Source: Clostridia bacterium (GTDB lineage: Bacteria; Bacillota; Clostridia; Oscillospirales; CAG-272). From it: DNA of 64,000 nucleotides. The position numbers were made by a program, and so were the translations under genes. Every line of letters starts with the position of its first letter. The stretch's first letter is position 1. Positions 45,199 through 53,349 of this stretch are shown here, in pieces. The notes beneath the pieces are model-generated. The model had not been told where the DNA came from, ran no database searches, and saw only the letters and a list, made by a program, of their open reading frames with translations. The stretch lies in assembly GCA_017428635.1 (NCBI GenBank), contig JAFRQK010000027.1, positions 6,748 to 70,747 on the forward strand, read 5' to 3'.

Positions 45199-47016
45199 AT
45201 GAAAAAGATTCTTAGTATTCTGTTGTCGGTCCTGATGCTCGTATCGGTTTCCGCTACCGTCGCGCTCGCCGGCAACGGTCCCGCCGAGGAGACGTGGACG
45301 TGGGAAAACGAAGATGGCAGCACGGAGACACTCTATCTTGCTTACATGAATATGGTTGAACTCGACGACAAAGGAAATCCGGTCACGGAAGGTGAGGAAG
45401 GGCCGGTCGTCTTCAAGCAGATCTTTTCGGACAACAAGGTGAAGAACGAAGTGCCCGGCGCCGTGTACGACAGGGCGACTAATACTTTGACGCTTACGAA
45501 TTTCAACAAGCCGAACTACGGCCTTCAGATGAATATGATGGGCGACGACTTCAAAATCAAGGTCGTCGGAGAATGCGCGCTTGCAGGCGTCGTTTCTTAC
45601 GGGTACGGATGGGGCTGCTCGGTCACTCTGACCGGCGACGGCACTCTTACCGTGAATGAAAAACTCTTCACTGCCGACGGAGCGTTCGTTTTCTACCCGG
45701 AGGACTGCGAAACTTCCGTTTTGACCGTCGGACCAGACGTTTCCGTTCATTTGTATTCTGAAAACGGCGTCGTTTCCGCGTTTGGCGTTGACGAGAACGA
45801 GAAGATCATAGACCTTTCGAGGGAACCCTCCGAGGCGCTCACTTTCGGTACGACCCAGGCGACTTATTCGGGTTTGGATACCGTCTCTTATATCGACACG
45901 TCGAAAGGCGCGGAAGATTTCAACGTTCTTAAACTGAACTATAAAAACGACGACGGAAAAGGCATGTGGGTCGCCAGACCGTCGTCCTGGTACGAGGGCG
46001 AGGGCGGACCGCTGATCAAAGAGGGTTATTCGGTATATCACCTCGTTGAGAACAAGGAACTTGGCGCGTGGATCGTCGATATCACCGCTGCGAGTGATGC
46101 AGGATATGGTTACGGATGTCTCGAGCTTTCGACCGAAGAATTCAACGCGATGGGGTTCACCGTCGCGGAAGGCGCAGAAGGCGGCCAGAAATGGATCACG
46201 CCCAAGGCGTATCAGTATTTTGCAACTAACGCCATGGTGTATACCGACGGTGAGAACGATTACGTCCAGGTGTGGGGATATGACGAAGAAAAGCATGAAT
46301 CATACTCCGAATTCTATACTTTCAAACCGTTGCCCGGCGTAGACGGTCTGATGATGACCGATAAACTCGCGGACGTAACCGAAGACGACGTCGATATCAA
46401 ATGGGTCCAGATCCCGATCGAAGGCAGTTATACCAGAAAGGTAACGAACAAGGAACTCCATATCGGCAAGGACGCCCAGCTCAAGCCTACCGTCACGTTC
46501 TCGGACGTTGCCGCGAATGCGTATTTCGCCGACGCGGTCGCATGGGCGGTCGCCAACAACATCACCAAAGGCACGGACGCTACGCACTTCTCTCCGAAAG
46601 CGGGATGCACACGCGCTCAGGTCGTGACCTTCCTCTGGAGGTCCGTGGGCGAACCCGAACCGACGACGAAGAAGAACCCCTTCGAGGACGTTGATTCCGA
46701 TCAGTATTATTACAAAGCGGTCCTCTGGGCGGTCGAAAAAGGGATCACCAACGGTACGGATAAGACGCACTTCTCACCGAAGGCCACCTGCACGAGAGGA
46801 CAGATCGTAACGTTCCTGTACAGATGGAAAGGCTCGCCGAAGGTCGAGGGCGCAAAGAACCCGTTCGAAGACGTTAAGAGCGGAGATTTCTTCTACGACG
46901 CGGTCCTCTGGGCGGTCGCCAACGGGATCACCACCGGTAAGAATGAGACGCACTTCGCTCCGAAGGACACCTGCACGAGAGCTCAGGTCGTGACCTTCAT
47001 GTACAGAGGAAGGTAA
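45199..47016 (+). CDS. Secreted protein, unrecognised ~430-aa N-terminal region + three C-terminal SLH-like repeats
   Basis: ATG 45199 lies 5 nt after GGAGG. Signal peptide MKKILSILLSVLMLVSVSATVALA. The C-terminal 160 aa are almost identical to those of the preceding gene. Confidence 0.7.
   Translation: MKKILSILLSVLMLVSVSATVALAGNGPAEETWTWENEDGSTETLYLAYMNMVELDDKGNPVTEGEEGPVVFKQIFSDNKVKNEVPGAVYDRATNTLTLTNFNKPNYGLQMNMMGDDFKIKVVGECALAGVVSYGYGWGCSVTLTGDGTLTVNEKLFTADGAFVFYPEDCETSVLTVGPDVSVHLYSENGVVSAFGVDENEKIIDLSREPSEALTFGTTQATYSGLDTVSYIDTSKGAEDFNVLKLNYKNDDGKGMWVARPSSWYEGEGGPLIKEGYSVYHLVENKELGAWIVDITAASDAGYGYGCLELSTEEFNAMGFTVAEGAEGGQKWITPKAYQYFATNAMVYTDGENDYVQVWGYDEEKHESYSEFYTFKPLPGVDGLMMTDKLADVTEDDVDIKWVQIPIEGSYTRKVTNKELHIGKDAQLKPTVTFSDVAANAYFADAVAWAVANNITKGTDATHFSPKAGCTRAQVVTFLWRSVGEPEPTTKKNPFEDVDSDQYYYKAVLWAVEKGITNGTDKTHFSPKATCTRGQIVTFLYRWKGSPKVEGAKNPFEDVKSGDFFYDAVLWAVANGITTGKNETHFAPKDTCTRAQVVTFMYRGR
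46531..47003 (+). repeat. SLH-coding repeat, copy B
   Basis: See copy A (44577-45049). Confidence 0.85.
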
Positions 47017-47031
47017 AATTAATCAAAAAAA

Positions 47032-47067
47032 CGCCGGGGATCAACGATCCCCGGCGCCTTTTTTTCG
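47032..47067. terminator. Bidirectional terminator between convergent genes
   Basis: CGCCGGGGATC-AAC-GATCCCCGGCG, flanked by A7 and T7 runs. Confidence 0.8.
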
Positions 47068-47072
47068 TCTGT

Positions 47073-49472
47073 TCAGTTTCCGGCGAGGTACGCTTTGAGT
47101 ACGGGTACGTCCGACGCGTCGACCGTTCCGTTCGCGTCGGCGTCGGCGCCCGTCTTATTGATAATAAGCGCTTCGCCTTTGAGATAACGTCTCAGGAAGG
47201 CGAGATCTTTCATTACGATATATCCGTCTGCGTCGGCGTCGTACCGCGCGGCGGACGGGATCGCGGCTATGTAATCGGACTCTGCCGTCGGACCAGACTG
47301 AACTGCGTAATATATTCCGTCGCGCACCGTGACGCCGTACAGGTCGTGGCCGCCGTCCGGCAGGCGGAACAGACAATTGACGACGCCGGTCGCGGGATCG
47401 AACGAGACGATCTCACGCGGGGTATTGTAAACGAGAGCCCCGTTGCAGTTGCAAAGGCCCGAGAAATATCCGAACCAGAAATAGCCGTGGGTCTCCGTCT
47501 CCCACATTTCGGAAAGCGTTCTGACAGTCGACGATCTTACGAGATCGGGAGTCTTCATGATCGCAAATCCCGAACCTGCGCTCCCGATAAAGTACCATGA
47601 TCCGTCAAGCGGAACGAACGGCGTTGTGACGCCGTGCCAGATCGCTCCCTCGTACGACTTGTCGGTACAGGCGATGTCGTCACCGTATCCCTTCCACCCG
47701 TAATGCGGGTCTCTCCCGTCTTCGGACGACGATACGTATTCGTCCGAAACGAGGAAATACGTGTGGATCGCGGAGCCTAGCTGATCGGGGATCGGATCGT
47801 CCCATGCAAGGTCGACGTGATACCACTTTCCGCCTATCTGAACGCGGTTCCACGTGTGGTTCATGGCGGTGCTTATGACGGCGTCGACGTTGATACCGAA
47901 GCGTTTGAGGACCTCGATGTAGAGCAGCGTGTACGCCTGACATACTCCGCGCTTTTCCTTGAAGAAGTTATAAACGTCGTGGATCGCGTACGAGGTGTCG
48001 TATTCGAACCCGGTCAGGATATAGTCGTGAACGAACAGCGCCTTTTCAAGGTCGCTCCACGAGCGGTCGACGAGCGAACATAACGAATCTATCTCCGCTT
48101 CGTATTCGGCTTTCATTCTCTTTATCTGTTCCGCGTCAGTGATCGTATATCTGGGGTAAAATTCATAGATCTTTCCGGTCGTTTTGCTCTGAGAATACGT
48201 GTACATTATATCGACGTAGAAAAGATCGGGAACGGTATTTATTATCTCCTGAAACGCCCACTGTAATTTGTCGTCGTCCAGATCGTACTCCGAGACGTCG
48301 ATGCTCCCGGAAAATTCTCTCATCCCGGAGACGAGGGCATCGATCGCGCCGGACGCGGAGGAACCGGAAGCGCGGGATCCGTCGAGAAATACCTGCGCCG
48401 CGCCGTCGCGGAGAACGGAGCCGCCGCTTTGCGCCGCCGCCTCCTCACCGTCCGCATCGTTCGATCTTTTGAGGAAAGTGACGACCTGTCCTCTCGTGCA
48501 GGTGGCTTTCGGCGAGAAATGCGTCGCGTCCGTTCCGTTTGTGATATTGTTTTCGACCGCCCAGAGGACCGCGTCGCAGAAAAAGTCCCCGCTCTTAACG
48601 TCTTCGAACGGGTTCTTTGCGCCCCCGACCTTCGGCGAGCCTTTCCATCTGAACAGGAAAGTGACGATCTGTCCTCTCGTGCAGGTGGCTTTCGGCGAGA
48701 AATGCGTCGCGTCGGTACCTTTGGTGATCTCCTTTTCGACCGCCCAGAGGACCGCCTTGTAATAATACTGATCGGAAGCGACGTCCTCGAAGGGGTTCTT
48801 CTTCGTCGTCGGTTCGGGTTCGCCCGCCGTTCTCCAGAGGAAGGTCACGACCTGCGCGCGTGTGCATCCCGCTTTCGGCGAGAAATGCGTCGCGTCCGTT
48901 CCGTTTGTGATATTGTTTTCGACCGCCCAGCTCACGGCTTCGGCGTAATACGCGTCCGGATCGACGTCTTCAAAACGGGAGAGCGCGCCTCCTCTGACCT
49001 TGACCGCGCCGTTCGTGACTTTGAACGAAACGCTCTTGAGCGATACGTTGACGAAATCGCCCGGAAGATACGAGACGCTGACGGGCTGAGACCCCGAAGG
49101 GGCGTCGCCGCTGATCCTGAATTTCAGGGTGACGAGCGTTCCGTTCTTTGCGTTATCCTTCGAGGCGAGCGTGTCGTCCCACGTGACGTAGTACGGGTTT
49201 GCCGATCTGTTGTTTCCGAAGTTCGCTCCGGAGAGAACTCCGCCGTCCGTGACGCCCGTAAGCTCCAGATATTCGCCGTAACTGACGGCGAGACGTCCGG
49301 CGCATACGCCCGGGTTTCCCGTCATGGCGACGGTGACGGACACCTCTTTACCCGGCGTACCGCTGACCGTTGAGACGGTGATCGCGGGACTTGCGGCAAA
49401 CGACGTCACCGGCATGATCCCCGTCAGGAACACGGCGGCGAGGACAGCAGCGAGGATCCTGATCTTTTTCAT
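47073..49472 (-). CDS. Secreted cohesin - SLH-like x3 - transglutaminase-like (papain-fold) - dockerin protein
   Basis: True start is ATG 49472 (GGAGAAGAGG upstream; signal peptide MKKIRILAAVLAAVFLTGIMPVTSFA); the track ORF is over-extended to 49748. Cohesin: ITVSTVSGTPGKEVSVTVAMTGNPGVCAGRLAVSY...YYVTWDD...LVTLKFRI. Transglutaminase-core-like: RGVCQAYTLLY...NHTWNRVQIGGKWYHVDLAWDD. Dockerin: DADADGYIVMKDLAFLRRYL...DADANGTVDASDVPVLKAYL. Confidence 0.75.
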   Translation of the reverse strand: MKKIRILAAVLAAVFLTGIMPVTSFAASPAITVSTVSGTPGKEVSVTVAMTGNPGVCAGRLAVSYGEYLELTGVTDGGVLSGANFGNNRSANPYYVTWDDTLASKDNAKNGTLVTLKFRISGDAPSGSQPVSVSYLPGDFVNVSLKSVSFKVTNGAVKVRGGALSRFEDVDPDAYYAEAVSWAVENNITNGTDATHFSPKAGCTRAQVVTFLWRTAGEPEPTTKKNPFEDVASDQYYYKAVLWAVEKEITKGTDATHFSPKATCTRGQIVTFLFRWKGSPKVGGAKNPFEDVKSGDFFCDAVLWAVENNITNGTDATHFSPKATCTRGQVVTFLKRSNDADGEEAAAQSGGSVLRDGAAQVFLDGSRASGSSASGAIDALVSGMREFSGSIDVSEYDLDDDKLQWAFQEIINTVPDLFYVDIMYTYSQSKTTGKIYEFYPRYTITDAEQIKRMKAEYEAEIDSLCSLVDRSWSDLEKALFVHDYILTGFEYDTSYAIHDVYNFFKEKRGVCQAYTLLYIEVLKRFGINVDAVISTAMNHTWNRVQIGGKWYHVDLAWDDPIPDQLGSAIHTYFLVSDEYVSSSEDGRDPHYGWKGYGDDIACTDKSYEGAIWHGVTTPFVPLDGSWYFIGSAGSGFAIMKTPDLVRSSTVRTLSEMWETETHGYFWFGYFSGLCNCNGALVYNTPREIVSFDPATGVVNCLFRLPDGGHDLYGVTVRDGIYYAVQSGPTAESDYIAAIPSAARYDADADGYIVMKDLAFLRRYLKGEALIINKTGADADANGTVDASDVPVLKAYLAGN
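48476..48950 (-). repeat. SLH-coding repeat, copy C (inverted relative to A and B, more diverged)
   Basis: Reverse complement aligns with copies A/B and includes identical runs such as GGGCGAACCCGAACCGACGACGAAGAAGAACCCCTTC. Boundaries are approximate. Confidence 0.7.
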
Positions 49473-49524
49473 ATTACGACCTCTTCTCCGGCAGTGACCG
49501 GATTCATATTCTTTGTTTAATGTA

Positions 49525-49553
49525 ATTATACTATCACCTTTTGGTTTTTTCAA
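49525..49553 (-). promoter_or_regulatory. Promoter of the cohesin-SLH gene (TTGAAA-17 nt-TATAAT)
   Basis: Minus strand: -35 at 49553-49548 and -10 at 49530-49525. Confidence 0.55.
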
Positions 49554-49655
49554 CCCGCGCGGCAGGGACAAATATTCACTTTTTTTTGAAATTTTCAATA
49601 AATGTTCAATAAAGTCAGGTATAATGGTGTTAAAACAGGACGGGAGGAAAAAACG

Positions 49656-50000
49656 TTGAAAGTTTTGATAGCTGCCCCGGACAGAGATCTGCTCGACAGC
49701 CTGAGCGGTCTCCTCGCCCTTCGGGGCTGGGAGGCGGACGCGGCGCACGACGGAGCCATGGCGGCGGAAAAATCACGGGCCGTCAGGTACGGCGCGGCTC
49801 TGGTCGACGAAAAGATCCCTCTGATACGCTCCGCGGATCTGATAAAGGAATTCGAAGAGTCCGGCATACCCGCGATCCTTATGACGGAAGATCCGGGGGC
49901 GCGCGGGGACGCGGTGATAAAATACCCGTTCACACCGGAAGAACTCTTCTCGGTCATCGGAAGAGTTGCGGCGGGAAAGGAGAAAACGGAAAATGAATAA
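49656..50000 (+). CDS. Stand-alone receiver (REC) domain protein with no output domain and atypical acidic pocket
   Basis: TTG 49656 lies 8 nt after GGGAGG. LKVLIAAPDRDLL... replaces the usual DD/DE pair. Putative phospho-Asp (ALVDEKIP), Thr (AILMTE) and Lys (IKYPF) are retained. ~114 aa. Confidence 0.6.
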   Translation: MKVLIAAPDRDLLDSLSGLLALRGWEADAAHDGAMAAEKSRAVRYGAALVDEKIPLIRSADLIKEFEESGIPAILMTEDPGARGDAVIKYPFTPEELFSVIGRVAAGKEKTENE

Positions 50001-51183
50001 AGTGAGAAGAAAACTCGTGCTCTCCGCCATGGCGGCGCTGTTCGTTCTTCTGACGGCGCTGCTCGCCGTGGTGAACGTGATCAACTTCGCTCTCGTCGCG
50101 GAGGACGCAGACAGGATAACTGCGACGATCGCGGAGGGCGGCGGAGAATTCAGGGACAAGATGAAAAACGGGGAGACGGCGAACTCCGGCGGTCCGATGG
50201 GACCCGGCTCGCCCGAAACTCCGTTCACGGCGCGCTATTTCACCGTCCGCTTCGACAAGAACGGCAAAGCGGAGACGGTCGCGCACAATATCTCCGCTTT
50301 TACCGAGGATGAGGCGATCGAGGTCGCTTCGGGTCTCAAAGGAGATAAGAGGACCGGATGGGTGATGAGATCGTACCGGTACCGGGTATATAAAAAGAGC
50401 GGAAACGTGTACGTCACCGTGATCGATCAGGGAAGAGAACTCACCCCGTCCTATCGCATCCTCGCCGTTTCCGCCGTCGGAGAGGCGGTCGTGCTGATCC
50501 TGTGCTTCATCTTTCTCTCCGCGTTCAGCAAAAGACTGATAAGACCGATAGAAGAAGCGGACAGAAAACAGAAAAAGTTCATCGGCGAGGCCGAGGCGGC
50601 GTTCAAAGTGCCGCTCACGGTGATCGGCGCGGACGTTGAGATAATCGAAAGGACGTCCGGCCCGACCGAGCGCACCGGATCGATCAGACGGCAGGTCGGA
50701 AAAATGACCGAGATAACGAAAAGGCTGCGTACCATGTCGCTGATCGACGGAGAAGAGGAATCCTTCGACCTGAGCGAGGCGGCGAAGAAAGCGGCTTATG
50801 AAACGGCGGACAGGTTTTCGGTGCGCGGTATCGACCTCGGCATTGATATTGCCGACGGCGTTAAGATAAAAGCGGACGGCAAAGCCGTATCGGACGCGGT
50901 GACGGAACTTTTGGAGAACGCCGCGAAATTCGCGAAGAGCCGCGCGTCGCTCGCTCTGAAGCGAGACGGCGACCGCGTGACGCTCACGGTCACTAACGAC
51001 ACGGATCTTCCGGACGGGCCCGTCGAGCAGGCTTTCGACCGGTTCGTAAGACTTCCGAACGCGGAAGGCGCGGCGGGCGGCGGCATCGGACTTGCCCGCG
51101 TGCGCGACACGGTACGCGAGGCGGGAGGCAGAGTCGGCGCCTCATGCTCAGGCGGCGAGTTCACCGTCCGGGCGACGTTCTGA
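49993..51183 (+). CDS. Histidine-kinase paralog lacking the phospho-acceptor histidine (pseudo-kinase)
   Basis: ATG 49993 follows AAAGGAG. Two TM segments. The H-box position reads KKFIGEAEAAFKVPLTVI versus KQFVSDAGHELKTPISVI in the paralog at 53339. The HATPase_c part is retained (LLENAAKFA, GGGIGLARV). Confidence 0.7.
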   Translation: MNKVRRKLVLSAMAALFVLLTALLAVVNVINFALVAEDADRITATIAEGGGEFRDKMKNGETANSGGPMGPGSPETPFTARYFTVRFDKNGKAETVAHNISAFTEDEAIEVASGLKGDKRTGWVMRSYRYRVYKKSGNVYVTVIDQGRELTPSYRILAVSAVGEAVVLILCFIFLSAFSKRLIRPIEEADRKQKKFIGEAEAAFKVPLTVIGADVEIIERTSGPTERTGSIRRQVGKMTEITKRLRTMSLIDGEEESFDLSEAAKKAAYETADRFSVRGIDLGIDIADGVKIKADGKAVSDAVTELLENAAKFAKSRASLALKRDGDRVTLTVTNDTDLPDGPVEQAFDRFVRLPNAEGAAGGGIGLARVRDTVREAGGRVGASCSGGEFTVRATF

Positions 51184-51197
51184 GGGAGGCGGGAAAA

Positions 51198-51926
51198 ATG
51201 GTCATCGTTCAGAATCCCGTCGTAGTGATGAAACGCTTCGAGCTGAAATATATAATCAGCGCGGAGCAGGAGGCGCGTCTGGTCGAGGGACTCAAAGGTC
51301 ACATGGAACCGGACGAATTCGGTACGACTTCGATAGCGAGTCTGTACTACGACACGCCGGAATACCGGCTGATAAACGCCTCGCTCGAAAAACCCTTTTT
51401 CAAGGAAAAGATGCGGCTCCGCTCGTACGGACTTGCGACGGAGGAATCTCCCGTCTTTCTCGAACTCAAGAGGAAAGCGTACGGGATCGTATATAAAAGA
51501 CGCGTTCAGACGACCGTCCCGCTCGTGAGGAAATTCTTTGCGGGAGAGGGCGAGATCTGCGCGGAAGGCCAGATAAACAAAGAGATCACGTATTTCCGCG
51601 ATTTTTACGGAAACCTCGCGCCCGCCTGCCTGATAATCTGCGAGCGCACGGCGTACGCGGAACCGGACGGCGATCTCAGGATCACGATAGACAACGCCCC
51701 GAGATACAGGACGGAGAAACTCGACCTCACGACGTCGATGGAAGGCGCGCTCCTTCTTCCAGAGGGATCCTCGATCCTCGAGATCAAGGTTCAGGAGGCG
51801 ATGCCTATGTGGCTCTGTCACCTGCTCGACAGGGAACGGATATTCAAGAACAGTTTTTCCAAATACGGAGAAGCATATAAAAGACAAATGTCAAAAATAA
51901 CGGCTCACAAGGCGCCCGTCGCCTGA
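51198..51926 (+). CDS. VTC-domain (polyphosphate polymerase-like, CYTH/TTM fold) protein
   Basis: ATG 51198 follows GGGAGG. MKRFELKYIISAEQEARLVEGLKGHMEPDEFG...YYDTPEYRL...RLRSY is typical of bacterial VTC (PF09359-type) proteins. Confidence 0.8.
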   Translation: MVIVQNPVVVMKRFELKYIISAEQEARLVEGLKGHMEPDEFGTTSIASLYYDTPEYRLINASLEKPFFKEKMRLRSYGLATEESPVFLELKRKAYGIVYKRRVQTTVPLVRKFFAGEGEICAEGQINKEITYFRDFYGNLAPACLIICERTAYAEPDGDLRITIDNAPRYRTEKLDLTTSMEGALLLPEGSSILEIKVQEAMPMWLCHLLDRERIFKNSFSKYGEAYKRQMSKITAHKAPVA

Positions 51927-51957
51927 TGCCGAGCGAATATCAAGGAGGAAAACAAAA

Positions 51958-52629
51958 ATGTTTGATTCGATCTATTCCACCGCGGTCACGGCGTCGCAGT
52001 TCTTCATCATGGCAGCCGCCGCCGTCGTATCAGGCGTCGTTTACGCGATAATCATGTCGTTCAGGATCAGGTCGACGAAGAGATTCTTCATCGTCACCGC
52101 GCTCATTCCTTTCGTCGTCGCGGCGGTCATCACGTTCGTCAACGGAAACATCGGAGCGGGCGTTGCGATAGGCGGGGCTTTCAGTCTGATCCGTTTCCGT
52201 TCCGCGCAGGGCAGCGCGGACGAGATCGCCGCGATCCTCATCGCGATGGGATCCGGTATCGCGTTCGGAATGGGGTATATCGGCTACGGGATCCTTATCC
52301 TCGTCTGCCTCTCCGTTCTCTTTCTGCTTCTGTCCTTCATTCCCGTGTTTGAACATAAGAATATGGCGAAGGACAAGCTGCTCCGCGTCACCATCCCCGA
52401 ATCGCTCGAGTATCACGACGTTTTCAACGATACGTTCGGCCATTATCTCAGCTCATACGAATGCGTCGGCGTCAAGACGACCGGTATGGGATCCATGTTC
52501 CGCCTCTCTTTCAGGATCAGAATGAAGGAGACGGGTGAGGAAAAGGCGTTTATCGACGAGCTGAGAACGAAGAACGGAAACCTCGAGATCGCGATCACGC
52601 CTTACGAGGACGTTGCGAACCAGCTCTGA
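51958..52629 (+). CDS. DUF4956-family membrane protein
   Basis: Four or five TM helices. Motif GGAFSLIRFRSAQGSADEIAAILIAMGSGIAFGMGY. Usual partner of VTC-domain genes. Confidence 0.7.
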   Translation: MFDSIYSTAVTASQFFIMAAAAVVSGVVYAIIMSFRIRSTKRFFIVTALIPFVVAAVITFVNGNIGAGVAIGGAFSLIRFRSAQGSADEIAAILIAMGSGIAFGMGYIGYGILILVCLSVLFLLLSFIPVFEHKNMAKDKLLRVTIPESLEYHDVFNDTFGHYLSSYECVGVKTTGMGSMFRLSFRIRMKETGEEKAFIDELRTKNGNLEIAITPYEDVANQL

Positions 52630-52662
52630 TCACTCAACACTCTTTAAGGAGGCGACCTTCTT

Positions 52663-53349
52663 ATGAAGATCCTTGTGGCTGAGGACGAAAAGAGGATGAG
52701 CCGCGCTCTGTGCGAGATACTCCGCCTGGAAAAATACGAGGTCGACGCCGCGTCTGACGGCGAGGAGGCTCTCGACGCGATCGGGAGCGGCGTATACGAC
52801 GTGATCGTTCTCGACGTGATGATGCCCCGGATGAACGGACTCGAAGTCGCGCGCGAGGTCAGACGGCGCGGTATCAGGACGCCGATCCTCATGCTGACGG
52901 CGAGGTCGGAACTCGACGACAAGGTCACGGGACTCGACAGCGGGGCGGACGATTATCTGACGAAGCCGTTCATGACGAAGGAACTGCTCGCGCGGATCCG
53001 CGCTCTCTGCCGCAGACAGGTGAATACGCCTGACGGCAGTCTGAAATTCGGCGATATATCCCTCGACGTGCAGGGGGCGAATCTCACGTGCTCGCGCACC
53101 GGGCAGAGCGTCCGCCTCGGCGAAAAGGAGATGCGGATCCTCGAATATATGATCGCAAATCAGGGTCAGGTGCTCACGCGCGAACAACTCGCGGTAAAGA
53201 TATGGGGCTTCGAGAGCGAAGCGGAGTACAACAACGTCGAGGTCTATATGACTTTCACGAGAAAAAAACTGAATTTTCTCGGATCGAAATGCGCGATCAA
53301 GGCGGTCCGGGGAGTAGGCTACGAATTGAGGTATGACGATGTTCCGTAA
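52663..53349 (+). CDS. OmpR-family response regulator
   Basis: MKILVAEDEKRM, VIVLDVMMPRMNG, TKPF. Winged helix LGEKEMRILEYMIAN...RGVGYEL. Confidence 0.9.
   Translation: MKILVAEDEKRMSRALCEILRLEKYEVDAASDGEEALDAIGSGVYDVIVLDVMMPRMNGLEVAREVRRRGIRTPILMLTARSELDDKVTGLDSGADDYLTKPFMTKELLARIRALCRRQVNTPDGSLKFGDISLDVQGANLTCSRTGQSVRLGEKEMRILEYMIANQGQVLTREQLAVKIWGFESEAEYNNVEVYMTFTRKKLNFLGSKCAIKAVRGVGYELRYDDVP

Noticed and set aside
49473-49748. 5' extension of the 47073 ORF (track start 49748)
   Set aside because: A canonical RBS plus signal peptide start at 49472, and the extension overlaps the predicted promoter.
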